NCBI GenBank assembly: GCA_963813815.1
Contig: CAWFAD010000008.1
Span: 160,001 to 224,000, forward strand
Direction: 5' to 3'
From: an uncultured bacterium
Lineage (GTDB): Bacteria; Krumholzibacteriota; Krumholzibacteriia; Krumholzibacteriales; Krumholzibacteriaceae
DNA: 64,000 bases
Shown here: positions 46,383 to 57,526 of the stretch, piece by piece
Numbering within the stretch: position 1 is the first letter of the stretch
Layout: each line of letters begins with the position of its first letter
The notes under the pieces: model-generated
Told to the model about the DNA's origin: nothing
The model's database searches: none
Seen by the model: only the letters and a program-made list of their open reading frames with translations
Made by a program: the position numbers and the translations under genes

Positions 46383-49300
46383 TCATCGCTTGTCGGGGTC
46401 TTTCGGAATCGCCGGCGTCTCCGGCGGATTCGACCGAATCTTCTCCATGAGAACTTCGATCGCCTTCTCGAGCTGCGGATCCCGTCCCTTGACGAGGAGA
46501 TCCGGCGAGCTCTCGACCTCGATGTCGGGAGAGACACCGACGTTCTCGACCGCGTAGTTCCCCTCGAGATCGGTGAATCCGATGCCGGGCATCGTCACCC
46601 TGCCGCCGTCCGCGAGCGGAATGTCCCGGTTCATGCCGACGAGCCCGCCCCACGTGCGCTTCCCGATGAGGGGGCCGAGCCCCTCCTGCCGGAAGAGGTA
46701 CGGGAAGGCGTCGCCGCCCGAGCCCGACCACTCGTTGATGAGCATGGCGAGGTGTCCCTTCGGCGCGGAGGGCGGGAACGAGCGAAGCTGCTTGAAGTGC
46801 CGGAGCGACCAGTAGCTCGACGGCCGCCGGGCGAGCCGGTCGACGAAGAGCGAGGGCATCCAGCCGCCGCTGTTCCAGCGCTCGTCCACGATGATGCCGT
46901 CGAGGTTCGTCTGTCCGTAGAAGAGCTTCGCGAACTCCATGAGACCCTCGGTGGCCGTGTTCGGCACGTGCACGTAGCCGATGCGGCCGCCCGAGGCCTC
47001 GAGCACATTGAGCCGGTTCGACTCGACCCAGTCCGCGTAGCGGATGTTGACGTCGCTCGGGACCGGCTCCACCGTGACGTCCCGCGCGTCCTTGCCGTCG
47101 GCGGTTTTCGCGACCTTGATCACGGTCTGCTTGCCGGCGCGGTTCTCGAGGAGCGCGAGCGGATCGGCGGGATACTTGAGATCGGCGCCGTTAATGGCGA
47201 GGATGAAGTCGCCGGGCTTCACGTTGATGCCGGGCTGGCTGAGCGGCCCCTGAAACTGCGGATCCCAGTTGCGGCCGTCGTAGATCTTCGTGAAGCGATA
47301 GCGCCCGCTCGCCTTGTCCGCCTCGAAGTCGCAGCCGAGGAGCCCCGTGCCAACGGGCTGCACCTTCGGGTAGTCCCCGCCACCGACGTAGGCGTGGCCG
47401 GCGTTGAGCTCGGAGATGAGCTCGCCGAGAATGTAGTTGAGGTCGTCGCGGTGCGTGAGGTACGGGAGGAGCTCCTCGTACCGCTCGCGGATCTTGTCCC
47501 AATCGACCCCGTGCATGTTGTTCACGTAGAAGAAATCCCGCTCGAGCCGCCACGCCTCATGGAACATCTGCTTCCACTCGGCCATCGGGTCGATCTTCAC
47601 CTCGAGGCCGTCGGCGCCGATCTTTCCGTCGCTGACCTTCTTTCCCTCGGCGGCGTCGATGATGCCGTAGGTCTGGCCCGCGCGGTAGAGGATCTTCTTG
47701 TTGTCGGCGGAGAAGACGTAGTTCGTGATGCCGGAGATGACCGTCTTCGACTCGCGCTTGTCGAAGTCGAAGTACTTGAGGTCGAAGCCCCGCGGGGTGT
47801 CCTCGTCCTGACCTTCGCCAATCGCGCCGTTCGGCACGTCCGCGTAAAAGAGCTTCTTCTCGGCGGGCTGGAGGCCGGCGAAGTTGCCCGAACCGACGGG
47901 GATTCCGATGATGCGCGACTCAAACCCCTCGAAGTCGATCTTCATGTCCTTCTTCTCGGCCTCGTCCTTTTTCTCGTCGTCTTTCTTCGCGTCTTTCTTG
48001 TCGTCTTTCTTGTCGTCTTTCTTGTCGGCGTCCTTTCCGTCCTCTTCCTTCTTCTCCTCCTTCACCTCAACCTCGTCGCTCTCGGGCGCGAGAGGGGAGG
48101 GCGTGTCGGCGGCGAGGGTCGCGACGCAGAGGACGTTGGGATTCACGTAGTTGATGTCGTAGTCGTAGGCGTTGAACGAGAAGCTCGTCGCCCTGTTCGA
48201 GATGAAGTAGAGGTATTTCCCCTCCGGATCGAAGCAGGGATTCGAGTCGCTGTAGAGGCCGCTCGTCAGCTGACGCGGCTTCTTCTCGTCGAGAGAGTAG
48301 AGATAGATCGACGAGTTGCCGTTGTCGCCGTTTTTGGCGTACACGATCCACTTGCTGTCGGCGGACCATGAGTAATCGAGGAGATCCCACCACGGATCGA
48401 CGTCGACCGTCTGCACCTTCTTGTCGTCGATGTCCACGTAGTAGAGATTGAAGGTCTCGTCGTAGAAAGAGATCTTCTTGCTGTCGGGCGACCAGCGCAT
48501 GCGGAACGGAAAATGCCCGACGCCCTTCGTGACGCGCACCTCGTCGCCCGTGCCGTCGGGCTTCCGCAGGTAGACGTCGTACTCGCCCGTCGCGTCGGAG
48601 AAGTAGGCGACCCACTTGCCGTCGGGAGAGAAGGCCGGCGCCCGCTCGCGCGAGCCCTGCGTGTTCGTGACGTTTCTCGTTTCGCCCTTCTCCGCCGGAA
48701 CGGTGAATATCTCGCCGCGCGCCTCGAAGGCCGCGCGCTTGCCGGTGCCGGAGAGATCGCCGTCGTTGATGAGGGCGCCGACTCTCTCGTAGCGCGGACG
48801 AACGTCGGCGAGCTCGCTCGGTACGACGATCTCGATCTTCCGCGTCTTCTCCGTCTTGAGGTCGAGAACGTAGAGCCAGCCTCCGTTCTCGTACACGATC
48901 GAGTCGCCGCCGAGGCTCGGCCACTTGACGTCGTATTCGTCGTGGTTCGTGAGCTTGCGAACCTTTCTCGTGTCGAGATCGAGGCGGTAGATGTTGTGTG
49001 TGCGCTCGCGGTCGGATATGAAGTACACGCTGTTTCCGTGCCACATCGGGAAGAGGTCGCTCCCCTCGGAGTCGACGATGAGCTCCGCGGCGCCCGTCTT
49101 GAAGTCGTACATCCAGATGTTCGGGGCCATGCCGCCTCTGTAGCGCTTCCACGTGCGCGCCTCGGTCGCGAGCCTCGTGAAGGCGATCTTCGAGGCGTCT
49201 GGCGAGTAGCTCGCGAGCTCGCCCTCGAAGAGCGGGAGCGCCTCGGCGGCGCCGCCGTCGCGCCCGACGGAGAAGAGCCGGTTGTAGCGAGGGCCGGGGT

Positions 49301-49700
49301 TCGTCTTCGACTCGCGGGCCGAGCGGAAGAGGATGCGGTCGCCGTCCGGGTGCCAGTCGAGGAGCATATCCGGAAAGGGATGGTATGTGAGGCGCTCCGG
49401 AACTCCGCCCTCGACGGGGATCGTGTAGACGTCGGGGTTGCCGTCGTAGAACCCCGTGAACGCGATCGTCTTGCCGTCGGGCGAGAACTTGGCGAAGCGC
49501 TCGCTGCCGCGATGGGAGGTGAGCCGCGTCGCCGTGCCGCCATTCACGGGAGCGATCCAGAGATCGCCGCCGTGCGTGAATACGACCTTGTCCCCATAAA
49601 TGTCGGGGATCCGCATGAGCCGGCTTTCGGGAGCCGCCTGCGAGGCGGACGCGAAAAGGACCGCCCCAAGAACCAAGAGACAAAAACCCCTCTTGCCCAT
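46383..49700 (-). CDS. Tricorn protease (S41 family), exported
   Basis: Signal peptide from the ATG at 49700. PD40/beta-propeller repeats (FSPDGK), WKRYRGG, GHAY, PDZ domain, SGSGGD catalytic Ser and GKRTWGG. Confidence 0.95.
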   Translation of the reverse strand: MGKRGFCLLVLGAVLFASASQAAPESRLMRIPDIYGDKVVFTHGGDLWIAPVNGGTATRLTSHRGSERFAKFSPDGKTIAFTGFYDGNPDVYTIPVEGGVPERLTYHPFPDMLLDWHPDGDRILFRSARESKTNPGPRYNRLFSVGRDGGAAEALPLFEGELASYSPDASKIAFTRLATEARTWKRYRGGMAPNIWMYDFKTGAAELIVDSEGSDLFPMWHGNSVYFISDRERTHNIYRLDLDTRKVRKLTNHDEYDVKWPSLGGDSIVYENGGWLYVLDLKTEKTRKIEIVVPSELADVRPRYERVGALINDGDLSGTGKRAAFEARGEIFTVPAEKGETRNVTNTQGSRERAPAFSPDGKWVAYFSDATGEYDVYLRKPDGTGDEVRVTKGVGHFPFRMRWSPDSKKISFYDETFNLYYVDIDDKKVQTVDVDPWWDLLDYSWSADSKWIVYAKNGDNGNSSIYLYSLDEKKPRQLTSGLYSDSNPCFDPEGKYLYFISNRATSFSFNAYDYDINYVNPNVLCVATLAADTPSPLAPESDEVEVKEEKKEEDGKDADKKDDKKDDKKDAKKDDEKKDEAEKKDMKIDFEGFESRIIGIPVGSGNFAGLQPAEKKLFYADVPNGAIGEGQDEDTPRGFDLKYFDFDKRESKTVISGITNYVFSADNKKILYRAGQTYGIIDAAEGKKVSDGKIGADGLEVKIDPMAEWKQMFHEAWRLERDFFYVNNMHGVDWDKIRERYEELLPYLTHRDDLNYILGELISELNAGHAYVGGGDYPKVQPVGTGLLGCDFEADKASGRYRFTKIYDGRNWDPQFQGPLSQPGINVKPGDFILAINGADLKYPADPLALLENRAGKQTVIKVAKTADGKDARDVTVEPVPSDVNIRYADWVESNRLNVLEASGGRIGYVHVPNTATEGLMEFAKLFYGQTNLDGIIVDERWNSGGWMPSLFVDRLARRPSSYWSLRHFKQLRSFPPSAPKGHLAMLINEWSGSGGDAFPYLFRQEGLGPLIGKRTWGGLVGMNRDIPLADGGRVTMPGIGFTDLEGNYAVENVGVSPDIEVESSPDLLVKGRDPQLEKAIEVLMEKIRSNPPETPAIPKDPDKR

Positions 49701-50056
49701 CGCTCGCTCCTTCCGAAAAAAGGTATCGGGCATGAAATAATGGAAAGCCTTGGTTACATCATGTAATACTAACGGAGGCGGAATTTGTTTCAACAATTAA
49801 TGCTTCTCGTCGCGCTCCCAGTGCCTGCATTGCACGCCCGCCCCCCAAAAGCCCGCCCGAAACATATTGCTTCGCTTCAGAAATTGTTCTACCCTCACTT
49901 CCGGCATCTGCTTATCGATACACGAGGCAGAGTTTGCCCACTGGGCATGCGGAGCGGCTTCGACTCTCCGATTCCGAACGATCATGCGCAATAATCCCCG
50001 GACGAGAGCGATGAGCCGCCACTCGAGGCGGAATCAGCGAAAAACGAGGTGGCGAC

Positions 50057-52402
50057 ATGGGGAGATTCGATCGTACGCCTGATGATTGGCACCGGAATGC
50101 CCTTTTTCTCGCCGCGGGCTTTGCGCTCGTCACGAGCCTGTCCGCGGGCCCGGTATGCGCGCAGGTGACGGGGATCAGCTATACGCTCACACCGCTCGCC
50201 GAGGGAATGCGGTTCGAGAACAACGCTGCGCTCAAGAGCTCGTTCTTTTATGGCGGAAAGCTGGGATTCGGATTCGGCGAGTTCATCGAACTGAACGGCC
50301 TCTATCTGTTCGGCCCGAGCGTCGAGACGGAGCTCGGGAACCTCTCAGGATATGACGACGCGACGGCGGCACTCCTTCGAGGGCTGCCCACTCGCTCGCT
50401 CGACATTCATCGCTTCGGCGGTGAACTAAAGTTCAACATCGGCCGCAGCACCATGTTTCCCTTCGTCACGCTCGGCACCGGGGCTCTGCGGTTCGAGCCC
50501 GAAGGCCTGAACGAAAGCAATACAATATACCTGAGCGGTGGGTTGGGTCTTCAGTTCAGCCTCCGCGAGCGCTATACCGTCGTCCTCCAGGCGACGGGCC
50601 TCGCCTACCGGTACAATCCGGCGGCCGCCCTGATGTCGGAGGACGACATCGCAGCGCTCGGCATGGCGGCCGACGACTTCGACCTTGTCAACGTGCGCGA
50701 CTTCGGCGCGAGCATCGGGGTGAAGTTCTATCTCGGCGGTCGGCGGAGCGGCGATCTGAGCGACATGGACCGGGCATTCCAGGAGCAATTCCGCCGCGGG
50801 TGGCGCGGGATCGATTTCCGACTCGAGCCCGCGGGTGGCGAAATCGATTTCGACGAAGCGCTCGGCTACCGCCGCAACCACCGTTTCGCGAGCCTGTCCG
50901 TGGGCATCGACCTCGGCGCATATGCGGGGCTTCGCGCCTTCTATTGGCGGGGCATAGAGGACGGCTCGTGGACGGCGTTCGACGACCTGCAGGCTTACGG
51001 CGGCGAGCTCAAGCTGGCATTTGCCGACGGCTCCGGCAGCCTCGCCCCGTACTTCATGGTGGGCGGCGGATACATAGACGTGATGACAGGATACGCAGGT
51101 AACGGTCTGGCGCTCGCCGAGGATCGTCCCTTCGCTCTCGGCGGCATCGGCCTTATTCTGCCGCTCGGCACAGCCCTCTCTCTCGACGCGGCCGTTCGCT
51201 CCCTTATCATGAGCACCGCGGGCGTCGATAACGTGAGTGACCCTGGCTCGATCGAAACGAGCACCATGTTTGCGGTGGGAATAAGCTTCGGCCTCGGCGG
51301 CGGACGGCGGGAGAGCGTCTTCGGCAGGGAGATGGCTGCATCTAAGATCGAGCGGGAACGGCTCTCGACGGAGGTATCCGGACTCGAGCTCAAGCTCAAC
51401 GAGCTTCGGAGCCGGATGGATTCTATGGCGGCGGTCGCCGGAGGACATCTCGCCCCCGGCGTCGATTCGTCGGCTCTACGCGGCAGCGTGAAAGGTTCCC
51501 CGGGCGGACCGCGCTGGGTCACGCTCCCCGTGCCCGAGGAGGGAGAGCTTTACCTCAGATTCGGCGCGCCGGGCGGCGTGAGCGTCGAAACGATCGAGGG
51601 AGAACCCCTGACGTACTACCTCGATCCCACGACCGGAACCCTCATGCTCGCGGCACCACCCTCCGTTGAAAAACCGGCGGCTCCGGGCGCGGTTCCCGCG
51701 GCGGCCCCTCAAGACGCGAGGATGCCGTCCTCCGGAACGGCGGTTCCGGCCGGGCAGGCGAGCCCGACTGCGGCGGGCGCTCCCGCGCCGAGTATCGGCG
51801 CCGCGGGCCCCAGCGTCGAATCGCTCGAGAATATCATCCGCCGCGTTTTTCGTGAAGAGCACTCCTCCGCCGCGGCGCAGCCAGCCACGCCGGCGCGGGA
51901 GCCGGCGCCTCTGGTCATCGAGGTGCCCGCGGCGGAAGCAGCGCCCGCAGCCGAGCTAACGGCTGAAGGCGATGCCGAGATCGCGATCGAGGAAGCGGCG
52001 CCTCGCGCGCCGTCGACCCGGTTCGCCGGTCTTTCGCCGCTCACGGGCTATAACTTCGACGCCCCCCATCAGGGGCTCATCGGCGTGCGGGCCGATTTCG
52101 TACACCGCGCGAAGCCATACCGGCTCGTGCCGGAACTCGTCATGGGCTTCGGTGACGACAAAACGACGATTAACTTCAACCTCAACGGCTTTTACGATCT
52201 CGGCGTCAGCCTGCTCGAGCGGCTGCACCCGTACGGAGGCATCGGCCTCGGCCTGCTCCACAGGGACGAGTTGGAGCTTGTCTTGAACCTCGTGATCGGA
52301 ACCGATATCCAGATCGGCACATCGACGCTGTTTCTCGAATACGTGAACCAGGACTTCTTCGACAACAACAGGCTCCTCGCCGGGTATAGGTTCAGTTTCT
52401 AG
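50057..52402 (+). CDS. Multi-domain outer-membrane protein with tandem beta-barrel-like domains, a coiled coil and a Pro/Ala-rich linker
   Basis: Signal peptide. Three segments with OmpA/OMP_b-brl-type strands (PFVTLGTG, PYFMVGGG, PYGGIGLG). C-terminus GYRFSF. Confidence 0.7.
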   Translation: MGRFDRTPDDWHRNALFLAAGFALVTSLSAGPVCAQVTGISYTLTPLAEGMRFENNAALKSSFFYGGKLGFGFGEFIELNGLYLFGPSVETELGNLSGYDDATAALLRGLPTRSLDIHRFGGELKFNIGRSTMFPFVTLGTGALRFEPEGLNESNTIYLSGGLGLQFSLRERYTVVLQATGLAYRYNPAAALMSEDDIAALGMAADDFDLVNVRDFGASIGVKFYLGGRRSGDLSDMDRAFQEQFRRGWRGIDFRLEPAGGEIDFDEALGYRRNHRFASLSVGIDLGAYAGLRAFYWRGIEDGSWTAFDDLQAYGGELKLAFADGSGSLAPYFMVGGGYIDVMTGYAGNGLALAEDRPFALGGIGLILPLGTALSLDAAVRSLIMSTAGVDNVSDPGSIETSTMFAVGISFGLGGGRRESVFGREMAASKIERERLSTEVSGLELKLNELRSRMDSMAAVAGGHLAPGVDSSALRGSVKGSPGGPRWVTLPVPEEGELYLRFGAPGGVSVETIEGEPLTYYLDPTTGTLMLAAPPSVEKPAAPGAVPAAAPQDARMPSSGTAVPAGQASPTAAGAPAPSIGAAGPSVESLENIIRRVFREEHSSAAAQPATPAREPAPLVIEVPAAEAAPAAELTAEGDAEIAIEEAAPRAPSTRFAGLSPLTGYNFDAPHQGLIGVRADFVHRAKPYRLVPELVMGFGDDKTTINFNLNGFYDLGVSLLERLHPYGGIGLGLLHRDELELVLNLVIGTDIQIGTSTLFLEYVNQDFFDNNRLLAGYRFSF

Positions 52403-52436
52403 CGACTCGTCGCGCGCGACGGAAAAAGGCGCGTCT

Positions 52437-53531
52437 ATGAGACGATTCCTGATATCTCTTGCGGCACTCGCCGCGACAGCGTCGCTCGGATCGCAGGCGG
52501 TCCGCGCGCAGTCCGCCGACACCGCGCTGGCCGCGGCCCCCCCGCAGCGCGCGTCATCCGGTCCGGCCGGCACCGCGGTGCACTCCCGAGCCGCAGATTC
52601 CGCGGCCGTGCGCCTCGTGCCCGTGAAGCTGCGCTCGCCTGGCGGCGTGCGGATACGCTCCGTGCGCGACAACCGACGCGTAGTCATCATCGCCCCGCCG
52701 ATGCGGATCGCGGGCGCGGCCTCCCAGCCCGATACCGTGTCCCGCACCGGGACCGCGACGCGCGACGATCTCGATCGCCTCGAAGCGCGGCTCCAGACAT
52801 ACTTCGACGAGCGCATCCGCGGCCTTGAGATATCCCAGCGGGAGGTTCTTCTCTCCCTCTCTCCGCGCGCGGCCGGCCCCACCGGATTGCCCCACGCTCA
52901 CGACCACCCCGGGGCGACCGAGGTCATCGGCGCTCCGTTCATCGCGCCCGCATCCGCGCCACCCGATACGGCAGCCGCCGACACGGCTCTCGCGGCGGAT
53001 TCGACGCGCCGGGCGGCCCTCGCCGCCGCGCGCGACACGAGCGGCGCTGCGTTTTTCGGCTTCAAGCCGCCTTCCGCGATCACGCTGCTCGGCCCCGGCG
53101 CGGGCATTACCGAAATCGAGCGCGCGATGCTCGAGGGAGATCTTCTTCGGGTCGTAAACGTCATCTTCGAGTTCGACAGCGCCGAACTTCTTCCGGCATC
53201 GCTGCCCATCCTGAATGCGCTCGGGACCGTACTCGCGAAGCATCCGGATCTGCTTATCGAAATCGGAGGGCATACTGACAGCAGCGGTCCCGACGAATAC
53301 AACGTGCGGCTCTCGCTGGCGCGGGCCGAGGCGGTTCGCAAGCATCTCGTCGTCGCGCTCTCGATCGCGGGGGACCGTCTTACCGCGCGCGGCTACGGCG
53401 AAAGCATGCCTATCGCCGACGAAAGCACGCCCACCGGGCGCGCACTCAACCGGCGGGTCGAGTTCCTCGTGCTCCGTCCGGGGGAACGGCGAGAAACGCC
53501 GCCTCCGGCCGATGAAGAATACCATCCCTGA
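52437..53531 (+). CDS. OmpA C-terminal (peptidoglycan-binding) domain protein without a barrel
   Basis: Signal peptide and low-complexity N-terminus. Motifs FEFDSAEL, IGGHTD, N..LS..RA and NRRVEF. Confidence 0.88.
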   Translation: MRRFLISLAALAATASLGSQAVRAQSADTALAAAPPQRASSGPAGTAVHSRAADSAAVRLVPVKLRSPGGVRIRSVRDNRRVVIIAPPMRIAGAASQPDTVSRTGTATRDDLDRLEARLQTYFDERIRGLEISQREVLLSLSPRAAGPTGLPHAHDHPGATEVIGAPFIAPASAPPDTAAADTALAADSTRRAALAAARDTSGAAFFGFKPPSAITLLGPGAGITEIERAMLEGDLLRVVNVIFEFDSAELLPASLPILNALGTVLAKHPDLLIEIGGHTDSSGPDEYNVRLSLARAEAVRKHLVVALSIAGDRLTARGYGESMPIADESTPTGRALNRRVEFLVLRPGERRETPPPADEEYHP

Positions 53532-53545
53532 CAAAGGAGGCCGCA

Positions 53546-53776
53546 ATGACGAGCCTGAAAGTCCTTCTGATTCTCATTATGATGTGTCTTCTGGCCATCT
53601 TCATCGCCCAGAACGTCGCGATCATCCAGATGAGGTTTCTCGTCTGGGATTTCTTCCTGTCTCGTGCGCTGCTCGTGTTCTTCGCGTTCGTGGCCGGATT
53701 CATCATTGGCTGGTTCTCCTCGGGCCTGCTCTTCTGGCGGAAGTCCAGGGCCGAGAAGTCGGGTGAGAACGCCTAA
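53546..53776 (+). CDS. LapA (DUF1049)-like small membrane protein
   Basis: Two TM helices with 'FIAQN...F'. AAGGAGG SD upstream. Confidence 0.75.
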   Translation: MTSLKVLLILIMMCLLAIFIAQNVAIIQMRFLVWDFFLSRALLVFFAFVAGFIIGWFSSGLLFWRKSRAEKSGENA

Positions 53777-53787
53777 AGAGAGGACGT

Positions 53788-54393
53788 ATGTTCATACTCC
53801 TTCCGCTCCCGTACCAGGAAAACGCGCTCGCCCCCGCGATCTCGGCTGACACAGTGGGCATTCACTACGGCAAACACCACAAGGGCTACGTCGACAACCT
53901 AAACAAGCTCACCGCCGACACGGGATTCGCCGGCATGCCGCTTGAGAAGATTGTCGCAGCCGCAGCCGGAAAGTCCGAGCACGCGGCGATCTTCAACAAC
54001 GCCGCTCAGGTCTGGAATCACTGGTTCTACTGGAACAGCCTGAAGCCGAATGGCGGCGGCGAGCCGCCGGCCGCGCTGATGGCGCTCGTGAAAAGCTCCT
54101 TCGGCGATCTCGAAACCTGCAAGAATAAGCTCGCGGCGGCCGCGGCCTCCCAGTTCGGCAGCGGCTGGACGTGGCTCCTCCTCGAGGGTGGGAAGCTCAC
54201 CGTCGCGAAGACGGCTAACGCCGACACGCCCCTCGCCGCCGGCAAAAAGCCGCTCCTCACGATCGACGTGTGGGAGCACGCCTATTACCTCGACTATCGG
54301 AACAGGCGAGGAGACTATGTGAAGGCGGTCATCGACATGCTCATGAATTGGGAGTTCGCGGCCGCCAACCTCGAAACGATGGGCAGGTCTTAG
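53788..54393 (+). CDS. sodB: Superoxide dismutase, Fe type
   Basis: [15 protein letters not shown] (the AAQ Fe-type signature), QFGSGW and DVWEHAYY. Confidence 0.93.
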   Translation: MFILLPLPYQENALAPAISADTVGIHYGKHHKGYVDNLNKLTADTGFAGMPLEKIVAAAAGKSEHAAIFNNAAQVWNHWFYWNSLKPNGGGEPPAALMALVKSSFGDLETCKNKLAAAAASQFGSGWTWLLLEGGKLTVAKTANADTPLAAGKKPLLTIDVWEHAYYLDYRNRRGDYVKAVIDMLMNWEFAAANLETMGRS

Positions 54394-54479
54394 CGAACTA
54401 CGGCGAGAGAACCCTCTCTTGCGTCTCGGTGAGCGAGCCAGCGTCATGGCGGCGGGGAAGAAGCTTTTCCGAATGAATA

Positions 54480-54511
54480 ACGGGAGCGAGGCGGCAGCGT
54501 CTCGCTCCCGT
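54480..54511. terminator. Hairpin between the convergent sodB and secreted-protein genes
   Basis: ACGGGAGCGAG pairs with CTCGCTCCCGT as an 11-bp stem. No clear U-tract. Confidence 0.5.
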
Positions 54512-54580
54512 GCGTGTCGGTGATTCTATGTCGTCCCCTCCTGCGCGCATTCGCGCCGCCGGCCGCGCGTTTTTCTCGCC

Positions 54581-57313
54581 CTACCGGAGCAGCACCATCT
54601 TGCGGGTGAGGGTCTCACGGCCGGCCCTGAGCCGGTAGAAATACACGCCCGAGCTCACCGTGCGGCCGGCGTCATCCACGCCGCGCCACTCGATGGAGTG
54701 AACCCCGCGCTCTTGTCGAACGCCCGCGAGCAGCCGCGACACGAGCCTTCCCGAGGCGTCGTAAACCTCGAGCGCCACCGGCGCGGCCTCCGGCAGATAG
54801 TAGTCGATCGTGGTCGAGGGGTTGAACGGGTTCGGATGGTTCTGCTGAAGCGTGAGCGGCGCCTCGGGCGTCGCCACGGCCTCAGTCTCGAAAAGCGTCC
54901 GGCTGCCCGACTCGTCGACGACGTCGACGCGATAGATATAGGTCGTTCCCGGCTCGACGCTCCGGTCTCACGACGAACGTGAGACCGTCGCGCTCGATCT
55001 CGACCGAGGAGAGCGCCGTGAACGAAGCGCTCGCACCCACGGCGCGCAGCACCTAGAAGCTCGCGTCCGCGTCGACCTCGGAGAGCGTCCACGCGATCTC
55101 CACGCACGAGCCGGCGAGAGCGGCCGCGTAGCTCTGAAGCAGCGTGCCCACGTTCACGTCCCCGGGGGCGAGAAGGGCCGCGGGCGACGCGTTCCCGTGA
55201 CGGTCCACCGCCACGAGCTTGTAGAAGTAATCGTACGCCTTGACCCACGTCTCGTCGAGATACTCCGTGCCGTCTGTCGAAGCGACGAGGTTCGACGCGT
55301 CGGGCACGAAGAGCGCGTCGAGGCCCCGGTAAACGTCGTAGCTCGCGAGATCGGAGGCCGGGTTCGCACCGTCCACTCGAGAAGGAGACCAGCCGGCGAG
55401 GCGATCTCGTTCCCCACGAATCCGGTTGTCAAACGCGGCGCGAGGTTGTCGACCGAGTACCCCGTGTCGGGAATCGACGGCGACGAAAACGCCCGCCGTC
55501 GTGGTGTGCGCCGTGACCATGTACACTTCCCACGGTATCCCGGCTTCGGTCGAGTCGTTCCTCGTCGGAACGGCGACGTTGTAGACCGTGTCGCGCATGG
55601 CGAACCAGAATCCGACCGACTCCCACTCGCCCTCGGGCAGGCCGAGGAGCGCCGCGGAGGCGGCGTCGACGTGTACGCCGACGGCATGCTCGGGGTCGGC
55701 GAGCAGGGAAAGAAGGGCCGCGCGGTCCTCCGTCGCGTCGGTCGCGGAGCCGCGTCGCTTCGGGCCGCGTCGTCTCCGCCGATCTCTTCGATCAAGCGCC
55801 ATACGCTGTAGCCGAATATCGGGGTCACGAGCTCGCTCGCGGAATCGAGCGACGAGGCTCTCGTCTTGACGCGCACCCAGCCGCCCTGATCCCGGGGCAC
55901 GTCGAGGCACGAAATGATCTCTGGCTCGGGATCGCCCCAGAGCCCGCTCGGGCCGATGAACTGCGCGTAGAGATCGTAGCCGCTGCCGCTTCGATCGTCC
56001 TCCCACGCGATGATCACGCCGCCCATCCCGTCGCCGACCGGGACCGGAGCGAACTGGCTATTGTCGGCCTTGCATACGGACGTTCCAAAGGGAAGCGGCC
56101 AACGAAGGGTTCCGTCCGCGCCGATGCGCTGAAGGTAAACGTCGTACTCGTCCTCTTCCCAGTCGTAGATGTCGAGGGGCACGAAGGCGCCGCCGGCGCC
56201 GTCCGCGATCATGCGAAGATCGTAGTTGCCGGTGGAGCCGTAAACCATGATCCCCTCTTCGTTCCACACGACGCCGGTATCGGGGTTCACGCGCTGGGCA
56301 TACACCGAGTAGTCGTCGCCCCGGCTATCGTACCAGGCTATGATCGCGCCGCCCGCGTCGTCCTCGACGATTCGGGGATTGTACTTAGTAGGACCAATAC
56401 GTCGAGGCGATGAGGCCCTCGGGCGCCCAGAGCAGGGCGCCGCTCATATCGAGCCGCTGCAGGAATATGTCGTCGTACATCCCCTGATACTCCTGCCCGC
56501 GAAGAACACGGTCGATCCGTCGCAGACGAAGCTGAAATCGGATTGATATCTTCCCGGGGCTATGGGAACGCCGTCCACCTGCCACTGTCCCACGCCATCC
56601 GCGCCTATGCGCTGCGCGTAGATTTCCGACAAACCGTTTCGATAGTCGAACCACGCGATGATCGCTCCGTTGGCATGGTCGGATCGGATTCTCGGATTGT
56701 ATTGCTCGCTCGGGTAGGATACGACGGGCACGCCGTACGGCGCCCAGAGCGCGTTGCCGTCGCCGTCGAGGCGCTGGGCATAAACGTCCGCGCCGCCGAA
56801 TCGATAGTCGTTCCATGTGATGATGGCCCCGCCGGCGTCATCCGAAACAGCGTAGATCTCCCACTGGTCGCCGGACGTATCGCAAACGGCCACGCCGCCC
56901 GGCGTCCAGAGCGCGTTGCCGTCGCCGTCGACGCGCTGGGCATAGACATCCTGATTTCCCATGCGATAGTCCATCCATACGATGATGGCCCCGCCGGCTC
57001 CGTCCGAAACGATGCGGCACGCCTGCTCGTAGTTGGGGGTGTCGCAAATGGGCACGCCGTTCGCCGTCCACAGCATGTTGCCGCCGGCGTCGACCCGCTG
57101 GGCGTAAATGCCGGAGCTCATGCCGTCGCGATAGTCCTCCCATGCCATAATCGCCCCGCCGGCGCCGTCGCTCACGGCGACAGCGCTGCGCTGATCGTAT
57201 ATCTCCATGCTCACGGGAGCGCCATTCGCGACCCACTCAGCCACGGCGGGCGCCGCGAGCGCGCAAACGCATAGCAGAGCGAGCGCCAATGAGAAGACGT
57301 AACTTCTCGACAT
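54581..57313 (-). pseudogene. Secreted 'YAQR' repeat protein of about 900 aa with an FlgD-Ig/T9SS-like C-terminus, broken by about 6 frameshifts and 1 TAG
   Basis: One coherent protein can be stitched across ORFs 56444-57313, 56385-56816, 55154-56305, 55053-56006 and 54581-54877. It has ~54-aa repeats (DGAGGAIIxWxDYR...YAQR) and ends QNHPNPFNPSTT...RKMVLLR. Confidence 0.8.
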
Positions 57314-57436
57314 TCCGGACCCTCCTTGTGAAAACGCTAATCATTCCTCATGCCGAAATTGTTGCGACAAGCAATTCTCGGGCCGTATCGGCGGGCTTCC
57401 ATGGCGAAACGCGCCCGGCAGCGGTCGATTTTTCAA

Positions 57437-57501
57437 TTGACATCGGTCGCGTATTATTTAAACATATGCTATATCTTTTAATAGCGGGCGGCGCTATTAA
57501 A
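57437..57501 (+). promoter_or_regulatory. AT-rich promoter region with a perfect palindrome upstream of the Fic gene
   Basis: TTGACA at 57437-57442. Inverted repeat TTTAATAGCG (57477-57486), GGCGG, CGCTATTAAA (57492-57501). Confidence 0.6.
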
Positions 57502-57526
57502 GCGCCGCCGCGCGGGAGACCGAGCG

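Noticed and set aside
49720..50056. Riboswitch or tRNA remnant in the tricorn/OMP divergent intergenic region (GCTTCGACTC)
   Set aside because: Only a T-loop-like heptamer is present, with no supporting stems or recognisable aptamer. The region is adequately explained as divergent promoters.
55053..55055. In-frame TAG as pyrrolysine or stop-codon recoding
   Set aside because: It sits in a gene that also has about six frameshifts, and many intact genes in the window end in TAG.
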